DNA of 64,000 nt from Phoronis australis. Lineage: Eukaryota > Animalia > Phoronida. The notes beneath the pieces were generated by a model, which did no database searches, had not been told where the DNA came from, and was given only the letters and a program-made list of their open reading frames with translations. Position numbers and translations under genes: made by a program. Numbering within the stretch: the stretch's first letter is position 1; the number at the start of each line of letters is the position of its first letter. Below are positions 1 to 10,800 of the stretch, piece after piece. The stretch spans positions 197,390 through 261,389 of the forward strand of contig NMRA01000355.1 of the NCBI GenBank assembly GCA_002633005.1, written 5' to 3'.

Positions 1-1642
1 TCATGTTGGTTACATATTTAATAACTATATTTGCATGAAATAACAAGCGTTGAAACCCATTGTGAGGAAATAACATGAAAATCTGCGATTACTGGAGACT
101 CTGCTAATTTAACGAACCAAAGTTCACGTGAAAATAAGAAAAAAGTTGTTTGCTCACCGAAATCGACAATTAGTGTGGTATGTCACACCCCGGCCCATAC
201 CCCCTTCCCCAGAAATTACACCCTTGCACAATAGTGATATATACATGTACATGAATGGGTTCTAGATACGAACACTTTGTTTTAGCCCTTGAGAGGAATT
301 GACTGTGCAAACAAAAAATCACCATTGTTGTAGAACACAGGGCGTGTGTAGATGGAGCCGATGCAATGCAGCTCACACTAGCTGACAAAAGGTGCTACTA
401 TTATACGTCAAATTCCAACACCAAACTTTTAATTATACCAGCACTTTTATATTTTCACAAGCAAAACACGGCACAAACACAAACAATATTCAATTACTAA
501 CTGACAAGGACTGACTTGCTGAAGTATAAAAATATCCATATCTTTTTGATTTAAATGTAACCCACCCTGAGGAAATCAGATAATACCGCCGATGTAAATT
601 ACACTAATCCGACAACGTGTGGGATTAAAACGCTGTTTTTCTTCATAGCATCTTTGTACATTCTAGAGATATCACGCATTTTGACCTTAAAACAAAATAC
701 GCATTTGCATGGCAAAAATAATTTCAATGTTACGAGATGTAAGGTTATTCTCGCCTTACGCAGTGTTTGTTATGACTCTCCAGGGATAGAATTCTTGCTC
801 CACATCCGCCTGGAGTTACCAAACAAGCGTCCCTAAGTTCGCTACTTTGCACATGCGTATCAGAAACCGTGAATATGCCAATGCACACCCGAACAGGAAC
901 AAGAAAATACGCCACGAGCAAATATGTTTCCAAAACGTTTCAGTCACAGAGCTTAACAATATCACACACAAGATTTGCTCGTCAGCATTTTGGAAATGAA
1001 AACTACTGTGTAGGCCTACACACGTTCACGTTTGTTGACAAGAATGCGACAGACATCAATAAAGACGACTGACATGTACGTGTAATAATTCATTACCTGG
1101 ACGTTATCTGTCACTTAGCTTTCATGTTGTGTCACTATACAATGGCTGCATCGATTCCGTGACGGAAACATTATCTGTTTGCATCAACACAACATATTCA
1201 TTTCATTGTTTGTATTTCCCTCACGACTGCAGTAGGATAGTCAACAATTCAACTGTCTCACATTTTAAACATCGCCACATTCCGGCAATGTCCGTTGTTC
1301 ACACATCAATGACCAAATTGTCATTTAAAGAACGCGTGCAGAATTAGACTACGCATGCTCCGAAGTCAGATTTTTTTCTCATTCTTCTAATCATCGTCCA
1401 TGTCGTGTCGAACAAATCTCATAGTCGACAAATTCGTCCGACGTCCGTGACCCACACGCCATACGCAAACACCTGCATCCTTTCTCGGGTGTCTGCAACT
1501 ATGAGGGTTATGAATAAGACGCTTCTCACCTTTGATTGTCCAAACAGTTCCATGGGTCTATCCGAAGGCCTAAAAGGAAACTGCCGGACAGTTTCATTTA
1601 ATTACACACATACGTGTAAAAAGACGCTGACAGAGACTCTGG
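1..1642 (-). other. Probable Trk 3' UTR / downstream region (end not defined)
   Basis: Lies immediately after the stop codon. I saw only non-canonical ATTAAA signals on the minus strand (plus-strand tttaat near 17, 428, 1597). Confidence 0.5.
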
Positions 1643-1840
1643 TCAAAACACGGAGTCGAGCGAATCAGACTTCGTACAGTCGTAGTCCTCGTTTAAAGTC
1701 AACAATACTTCGTACACTTCCGCTATGCTAATTCTTTGCTTCGGTTGTCTTCGCCAACAACCCAACATCAGTTTATAAATCACTTCGGGGCAAAGCCGCG
1801 GACAATCCAGCAATTTGCCGCTCTGTATACACTGAATAAC
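1643..1840 (-). CDS. Trk: Trk exon 15: kinase C-lobe end, tail and stop
   Basis: tgtcttttag|GTT; [65 protein letters not shown]; matches Trk VIECI..G..L.RPR.CP..VY..M.GCW...P..R. Confidence 0.93.
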   Translation of the reverse strand, partial: VIQCIQSGKLLDCPRLCPEVIYKLMLGCWRRQPKQRISIAEVYEVLLTLNEDYDCTKSDSLDSVF

Positions 1841-4800
1841 CTAAAAGACAAACAGGTAATCAGCAATCCATTACTCAAGGCGTCCAATACTTGTACACAC
1901 GGCAACCCCAAGGTCTCATGCTACATTTCTAGCAAGATTTTCTGCCTAGTCGTTTGTTCTATGTGGACCATGCTGAATGTGTGAAAGAACCTAAATATTC
2001 ATAACGCTAAATCGTCGTGAGAGACCGTCCGGAGTTGGTACATGGCGCAACTCCGGACGGTCTGGTGTCAACAGAAAAACATTTCAACTGTGAGTCTACG
2101 CCAAAGTGATAAACGAGAGTAGTTCTACCTGCTGCGTCAGCTGCAGGTATGCTGATCTCTTTTATGACACACAATGAGTGAATGGGCAAAGCATTCTCAA
2201 AATAATCTGGATAAATCAGTGGAGTGTGAGACCCTTGAGGTCCCTGTCAAGTCCTCACGACAATTCTACGTTATGTTAGCGGAGAATGTGCTGTGAACGT
2301 TTCTAATATCGCCGTTCCTGACGCGATGTGCAGGTTCAAATTGCAAGAAGTTCTTTATTCGGATGATTTGGGTTACAGCTGCTGGCCGATGTCAGTTACA
2401 ATACGTTTTACCAACCAGTTGTAAACAAAATAGCGTTTTCAGATTCTAAGGGAATTTTTAGCGAAACGTCACACCATGTCCCCCAACTAAAACAATTCAC
2501 AGACATAAATTGTGGTCGCGACAGATTAGTCAGTGACAGGCTCAAATTGTCTCATGCAAAAAACTGTAGAAGCAAAAGTCATCACCGAAAGCCGACCAAA
2601 ATCTTCAGAATTAAGAAGTTTTGGCAATTTGGGCATGTGTTCCGTCACGGATGATTACGCTTTTTCTAGCTCAACAAACACCAGCACTGTTAAAGGATCA
2701 CTGCCATGCCTTCTCAGTCTTGACATAGTGAAAACTGACACGGCGAAAACTGACACCGCACAACTGTAAGTGTAAACAAAATTGAACGCGGCGGAAATTG
2801 ACATCGCTGTGTTAATTTGTCACGCACAGTTTGAGGTATGTAAAATACTGTCATCTTAGGAGAAATAAAGTAACTGTGCATTGAAAGAATCGATTTTGGT
2901 GGCATGTTGTGTTCTCACGATATTTGATTGTGATTTACTTTCTCATATAGTGACGTCACGGTTACGTTATGTGGCTGTAACTTGGAAAACATTAGGTAAA
3001 AGGGAATATTCTTAAACACATTACGGAAGTCGACATACGTGTATGCTTTACAAAAACAAGGAGGGAGAAACAATAAAACGACAAACCTCGTTTTAAACTT
3101 ATAAGAATATTTCAAACCTTATTGACAACAATTGGCCGTTTTTTCAATATTTCACTTAAAAATTATGCCTACCAAAATACGTTATCTTCAGAGTCAAGGA
3201 GCTTCAGATACGAAATATATACCGTGCAGCGAGAGAAAGAAAATTATCAGAATCACATTCAATATTTTCATTACTTATTCGAGGTCAAATGTCACATGGC
3301 TCTCACTCAAAATCGAATCTCCAGCCAGGCATAGATCAGTTCCGTATGTACCCGTAACCCTTTCATTCTGAACATTCACCGCGTCGCCATAATATTGAGT
3401 TAGCGAGGTTTACATGTACATAGGATAGAAAGATGCTGCGAAAAATGAAGACAAAGCACAGTTTTGAGCCAGAGGGAGCTCTGCATCTGCACGCATACGA
3501 CCGTTGAGAACAAATGCACCCAGTCCGAGTCGACGCACCGCTCCTGTGACTTTGCGTTCATTAACAAAGCAAGTTGTGCAAATAGATAAATCGCCTCTCA
3601 AATTTGACATTTCGCTGTTTTGCTCTCGTGCTTTAACCACCGCCTCCCATTTCTGTTGTCCATTTCGTACATGATTTCATATCAGACTCCCTGGCGCATG
3701 GTGTGTATAACAATGAATTGTTGACCTACTAAACGGGTAACACGACCTTGACCTAGCTTGACTCGAGGCACAGTCACAAAATTCAAATGTTTTAATCAAT
3801 GATAATTTGGTTAATTACGCATTTAAAAAGAGTTTCATTAAAATCGACCAAAGGGTTATTTTGCTATGAAGGTACCTTTCCTATAAACGGAATTTTGACT
3901 TTAAAAAGGTGTTTAAGTAATAATATAGGCACATAAATGAAAAACATATTGATCTTTTTTCTTTCCATTTCACTGGTTGACTTAGTCTGGTTTTTGGATA
4001 TATGGGTTACAACGAAGGTCGCTAAATTAGATTTGATATAACCTCAAACTAAGTTAGTTGCCTTATTTTCAGTGTATGTAAAGGAGCAAGAGTGAAAATG
4101 TCACAAATAAATGAATCATGCAATAGTTGATTTAACAGGGGCCGTTCTCTGGATTACAGAGCGATAGAACTCTCCTTAGCCCCGGAAGTGAGGAAGCCCG
4201 TTGTTTTCATTGACTAAGTATTGAAATGTCAGGCACATTTTCGCAGGTCATGACGGAAATCGTCGAGGCGTATGGTCGAGGAAATATCCCCGATTCCAAC
4301 CGTTTAAGAGGTACCGAAATCGAAAGATATCTTCAATAAAGGGGATTCTGCTAGTTTATCATCCACTTGCTCCAAATCTTCCTGTCTTTGATTGATGTCG
4401 GGAAGGCTGCGAACTTAACATCAAGCATCGTTCCACGGATGGCTTTCCCGTTTACCTAACATTCTCCCCTCGGCATTGCAGACCACAGCACAGAAATACT
4501 ACCTCTCTGGCATAGGAAGAACTATAGAGTAATGCAACGGCAGGCCCGTAGCCAGGGTTGGGGGGTTCGATACCCCCCCCCCCCCGGCGGAAAAGGTCCA
4601 GCCCCGACCTGTCCGTTAAACTAGACAACAACAGTTGCAGTTATTGGTACTACTAACTACAATGATAACTAAGTCACTAAAAATTTTGAATTCAGTTCAC
4701 GTAATTATCGGGCCGTACCCGGTCAACTTCGTCCGAATGGTGCTTGATGATAGGATCGTGCAGACGATTAGAGGAGGCTTTATGTTATTCATCGGCATTG

Positions 4801-7800
4801 AACGCGCGTGAAGGTTACACAACATAGGGTAACACGGGAGTCTAAAAGTAAATGTCTATACCTTAATAGGCTTTATACAGTAGCAGCGAGAGAGTTCCCA
4901 AAAGGTAGTGCCATGTGAACGTCTTAAAATCGACCAAGAAACAAAATAGTAAAAGGTAGGTTTATTTTCTATTTTGATAGTGGCATAGTACGGTGAAGTG
5001 CAAACATTTTCAAATTTCCGGCTACTTTGGCTGTGTATTGGTGGATGACATGCATGCGTACACACGTGTGTGCGTTTCCATTCTTTTAAATTCAGTACAC
5101 GCCTATGATAATTAAATTCACTATAGGCATTCCTCCGCCGTTGCTCAAAAATCAGACATTTAACTACATGGGCGGCGCACCATAGGGGGTTGGGGGGCTA
5201 CAATCCTAACTTTTTTCAGTGCTGCACCGCCCATGGTCTATGCCGGGGGGTACACCACAGGGGGATGTAGCCCTTACTTTTTCCAGTGTTGCACCCCCAT
5301 GGACTACCTATTTTCTTGCACTAAGAAAACCCCGACGAACATGTTCGTATTATTAGGGAAAAGTAGGTCTAGACCTAATAAAAACTTTGGTCAATGAAGA
5401 AAGTCTTCTCTTGTCAATCAGTGCCGATGGCGCACAACCTCGCAGGCGTCATACGAGCAAAAATCTTGATGGAAAAGGTTCCCAAGGTTACATGTCACTA
5501 TTCCGAATGTTCATCACTCCTAAAGTCCACTGCTCCGAAGTTACTGCGAAGGTTCGCTACCTTCGAAAGTTCACTCTACTTCGAATGTCCACAATTACGA
5601 GACCAGAACGCCTACAGTTCATTACTCTGCCTTGTCTGCTAACGAATCGGAACTTACATAAGAAAAGTATTGTATCTGTGCCCATTTAGTAACTGTTTAA
5701 AGGGTGTACAAAACTTGAATAGTTTTTAAAACATTGATTACATTTTGTTACAAATGAGCTCAGTTCCAATCACTGCCAATCGTGAATCTTCAATCTAACT
5801 AACGACTCATTCAGTCTCAAGCAGGGACAACATCACATCAGGACTTCAGCGACCAATATGGGCGGTTTTAAATTTAAGACGACTGAATGGGACTCTCCGA
5901 CTTCTTGAAGACTGGCAGGGACAGGGTAGCCTACTAACTACATTTAGTTTCTACCCGGCCATGCGTGTGGTTCCGATGGGTGAGTTTGAGGGGCAGCAGC
6001 CCTAAACTAGTTCAGTCACGCTGTGAAATGATGCGACCTTGCATGGATTTGATGAATGTATCGTGGTTGATAATTCATCAATATTCCTACTTCATATTTT
6101 TTTTTTAAAAATTCAAGTACGTACTCATTTTCCGTACTCGAAAGACATGCGGGCAATTTCCCATGCGCATAAAATCCGGGCGTTGTTTGAGCATAGGTAC
6201 ACCACCTAGTGCATCTAATAATCGAAGCGTTTATTTCTGCAAGTAAAGGGGGATGTCTGATACGCCCAAGTCCAAAATTTTAGATCTTTTCGGAGTAGTG
6301 AACCTTCGGAATAGTGAACCTTCAGAGTAGTGAACCTTTGGAATACTGGGCTGTTCCCACTTCCAGCGATGTAAGCAAGCTAAGTAACACGCAAAATACA
6401 ACCAGATTAAAATATGCAGTAAGTCGATCATATTTCCGACCGAGTATGTAATGAGGTGTAATCACTCAATTAAGCACGCCCGGTTTGGAAGTTTGGCAGG
6501 GGGTAACGCGGGAACACTTTCTTTCTGGATCACATTACATCCGAATTTGGGTCCCGTTCTTAGTGAGCAACCGTCATGGCATCCTCGTTTCTGGTATTAC
6601 GAATTCCGTCTGATCAGTTGGAAACATAGAGCTAAGAGTCGTCGTTGTATATATAGTATTCCCTCCCCCTACTGAAGCTGCGTCAAGGGCCTTACCGAAA
6701 ACTCTAGAGTGTCGACGTTTGTAAAATATCAAAGGTCCACCGTACCAGAAATTTGAACCACCACCCGTGCAATGCTGGCTACGGGCCTGAACGGACAGAA
6801 CACGTAAAGAGTACGACAAGAACAAAGCGCATGTGGAGAGAGGCAAAGATGTCTGACTCATATTGCGGCTTATTAGGGTACATGTAAATGCTGTGACGGT
6901 CCTATTATTTCAGTCCTTGATGGGAGCTACTTGCAGTGTACTTTCACTCAAGGTAATGACCGACACGTGGTGAATTGAAGGCACTTAAGATGGAAGTCTT
7001 CCCGGACCATTTACGTCACATTTCTATTGCTGTCTAAGGCTTGGAGGAATCATTGATGTAGTAAACGTCAAGATGTATCGTATACATTTACCATAACGTT
7101 ATTGTATTTCACTCTATTCCAGCTGCCTAAGATCGAGAATTGAATTAGGCCATTAACATAGATCAATCCTGTTTCAAATTTTCCCTTGCCATGATAGGAT
7201 TTGCTGTTTGTTTTCAAGAAGAACACAGCAATCTTGACATTGTCTGTTCTACTAATTTATGAACTCGAGAGTAGTGTTGTTTTTTTGTTTTCTCGGGTAC
7301 ATCATGGTTTACGCTTATGACTTCCTAATCCTGGTTTGCACTTGGTGGTTCCAGAATTAAAGCTATAAATTCCAGTCTGAACTCGAAATTTTGAATTTTT
7401 ATCGCCCAATATCGAGTTTTCACTCGAGTTTGTAGATTAAGTCTAGCGGTCATCAAGTACTAACTAGGACTAGACACTCATCGGAAAAACAAAACATACT
7501 TGAAAAGAGAAAAACAGTAATCTGGAAAATGTCAAACAAATTTTCGAGTTCGATTTTGATTACAAAGGTTAGACCGCGGGGCTATTCAAACGAGCCGCTT
7601 TCCTCCGATCAACACGACGTTCGGGCAAAGTCGTGGACAACTTACCTCGTGGTTAGATAGCTCATACCACGGCTGTTTGCCGAACGTGAATATTTCCCAC
7701 AACACAACACCAAAGCTCCAACAGTCAGACTCCGTGGTAAACTTCCGGTAAAGAATGCTTTCCGGTGGCATCCATCGTACAGGCAGCATCGTCTGGCCGA

Positions 7801-10800
7801 CCACCTACGACAGAAATCACGTGAACACCAAGCTACAAATGCACGCTTCTGTATTTTGTTGCCTTTCTTCCTCGTTGTTTTTCTGTTTTTGTGTCAGTTG
7901 GAATTGAGGTATAATAGTGCATTGCAATTGAAGTCATTTTGTACAGAATCAAGGCAGTCACCGTAAGCGTTTGTCTCCGCAAGCTGGCGTTTTACATTGG
8001 AAGAATAGCACCCCGTAGGTATGATAAACTGAATTCATGTCCGCTTAAACTGCTCCTAAAATGAAATTGTCCACTCTACAAATCGTGCGTGATTATCTAC
8101 GCCTATTCGATTTGCTGCTTTGGCTGACCTATATCCCGAACACGTTTGACGTCTCAAGCAGTTCGTAAAAGGTTAATTCGCAAAGGATTTCCTCTCGCTT
8201 CTTTAACACGAGATTACCAGAATTACACTACCATCATCCCACCACGTCATCAATAAGTCAAGAAAACTTCCGTTTTGCCAGGTGTGTGTTCCGTAGGCGC
8301 CAGAACCGACAAAATGTAAGATTTCGCAAGACTGAGATATCGCCATGTACAGCAAGCGAAGCATGCGATCGCATTGGCTTCCTTTCGCCTACAGAACTCA
8401 GTCAAGCTGTCACCGTCCCCAACCGCAACACTGCATACATGTACATGCACTGAAGTAGAGAAAAGTAAATCTAAGCAAGAATTTAAAAAGAACAAGTTTT
8501 ATAAACACTTGCGATTTCAGAGCACAAAGGGTGCAAATGTGACAATTTTTAGTTACCAGTTGTTTTAAAAACACATAAAAAATATGTGGCGGTCACATCA
8601 TTAACTTTGTCTAACGGCGGAAAGCAAAACGGCTGTATCAGACCACGGGCAAGTGAATCTCCAATTGCGTGACCACTGTTTACTGTATGAAGAATCCAAC
8701 TATTTATTGAAAGATGCAGGCTGAGTTCCGTTGATGCAAGAATCTCACGAGAAAAGCCATTGCGTTCAGATGCATCGCTTGAAATAAATGTGCGATATAT
8801 CACGAAGTCTTGCGTAATCTTGTGTTTTCAAGAGGTTCTCGCGTCTGCTGAACGCACTCCCAGGCTTGAGTTCACGAAACACGGTGAAGCTGCCCAATTC
8901 CTTAGCATTTTGTGTCAATACTTTGAATACTAACACCCCCAGCATTGCACAAAGTAGCTGTTGGGAAACAAAGTAAAACATTATTCAACAAGATGAAGGT
9001 CTTCAGGATTCCTCTATACCACAGATTTCTGCTTACCCTGTAATAATCCATGGTATAAACATCCCTGCTCATTCCAAAGTCACCAATTTTCACAATCAGC
9101 TTGTCACCAACGAGACAATTCCTCGTGGCGAGGTCTCGGTGTACAAAATGCTGAGAGGCAAGGTACGATACCCCCGCGGCTATCTGTTGAGCCATGTAAA
9201 TTAACTCCGGCATTTGCAGCCTGCGGTTGGCCGGATTCCAGTTGGAGCACAGGAATGCGGCGTCCGGGCCATGGGATCTAGAGGAAAAAATAATAAGCCG
9301 ATGTCAGCAATTGGTAATGAACTAATTGTTAAACTTTGTAAATGTTTGATCGACTTTCGCACGAACCTTGTACCGCAAGTACGTTGTACGTATCTAAATA
9401 CCCTTTCCCTACGACGTGCCTAAGTTGTTCATGACAGAAATAAAACTGATTTGACTTCAAAGAGAGTATTTTGATGTGCGCAAAACGACACCTGTTATCG
9501 TACCTCAGGAAATTGCTCAAGTCCCCGTTTTCCATGTACTCAAAAATCATCATCAGCGGGTCGCCGTCTGTACATATCCCGTAAAAGGTAACAATGTGTT
9601 CGTGGTTCAATCCCGCCAACATCTCGGACTCCCGGTCGAAGTCTCTCCTGGCCTCTTCTTGCTCCATGTCTTTCAACGTTTTCACCGCCACCACCGACGA
9701 GTCGTCTTCACCGTGCAGACCCTCGCACATGCCCAGATACACTCGCCCAAAAGCGCCCTCTCCAAGCTCTTTGATGAACGTGAATTGCTTCGACATAAAA
9801 TGGCGGATGACTGGAAATGATTGAAATCAAGGCGGTGAAATCGAAGTGAGAAAGAAACGTGCAGTGAGTTGGACTGCGCGTGTGTAGAACTCATCAATTT
9901 AGCCTGTTCTTGTAGTTGAGTAATTAGGATGTTTTGTTATTTTACAACAATCAATCGGAATGTTCTAGATGCACAACAAATCACATTTGAGGCACCAAAT
10001 CAAGTCATACAAGCTTCACTCTGTTCAATACCCGGAACGTCCGTTAACTGGTCTATAGCTCACGTCCCCACGCAAATTAGGGTCGCCTCCTATTGGCTAA
10101 CTGCGTTCCTCGAAAGTTGTAGCGATCGAGTAGCGTGTGTGATGACCTGGGTGTGAAAAATTTCGGCGAGCAGTAAGGTACTGCTACCGACTGGCGCCCA
10201 AGATGTTATATAGCTTAGGGCACGGCGCCAGATTTTATATCATTATGAGTGACCGAGAAACCTGCCAGTCGTCTATATTTATTTTTTTTTTTTGATTAGA
10301 AATGTAAATTTGTTTTATTGTAAATATCTAAAGCCATGCTTACAAAATTCCCACAGTATCCGTTTCCGATATCGTACCCGACATTTGGACGATTATCTAA
10401 AGCATCTTGGTTTTGGTAAACAGCGTCGCATACGCCATTTCAGCCCAAAACTGGCTTCGGAACATCTGTTTAGACACCCCAATTACTCGCATGCGACAGT
10501 CAAGCGTCAAGTCGTATACGAATGATCGGGTTGTGTATAAGGCCCTAATTGTTTTAAAGCACGTGCCCTTAGGTTGGGTGCTACTGTCTTGTTAGGTTTA
10601 ACGTTTTAACGAGTAAACACCAGCCGTATCCAAATTTCCCATAATTCTTCATTATAGGCATGGGTTTGAGGAGTCATAGTTAGGACAATGGTCAGGTTGT
10701 GTCGTGCATAGGCTTACCTTGAGGTTCAGCTTCCTGTTTTGGCAAATAGTTCGGATTTTCTACGACATTAAGCGGATTAAGGGGCATGCGTTCGCTGGAT

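Larger units (their letters stand above)
4541..6789. mobile_element. Non-autonomous DNA transposon with 15-bp perfect TIR and 5-bp TSD (hAT-like termini), containing nested inserts
   Basis: CAGGCCCGTAGCCAG (4541-4555) and CTGGCTACGGGCCTG (6775-6789); AACGG on both flanks; subterminal AAAGGTCCA near both ends. Confidence 0.85.

Noticed and set aside
527-533. CPE (UUUUUAU) in the 3' UTR
   Set aside because: Expected by chance in AT-rich sequence, and the UTR end is undefined.
2022-2063. Pre-miRNA
   Set aside because: The stem is only 16 bp and does not extend; it resembles MITE termini.
2690-3900. Kolobok-like TTAAAGG element
   Set aside because: A left-end-like motif at 2690 but no matching right TIR found.
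5387-5689. 100-aa ORF with repetitive PKV/RRF motifs (also 6231-6431)
   Set aside because: Translation of the 16-bp subterminal transposon repeats.
7646-9810. ROR, MuSK, DDR or insulin-receptor identity for the kinase
   Set aside because: The ectodomain has LRR plus Ig with no Frizzled, kringle or discoidin domain, and the kinase has Trk-specific [14 protein letters not shown] and [13 protein letters not shown].
9476-9824. Plus-strand ORFs (114 aa, 76 aa) and 10704-10988
   Set aside because: Antisense shadows of Trk exons with no protein features.
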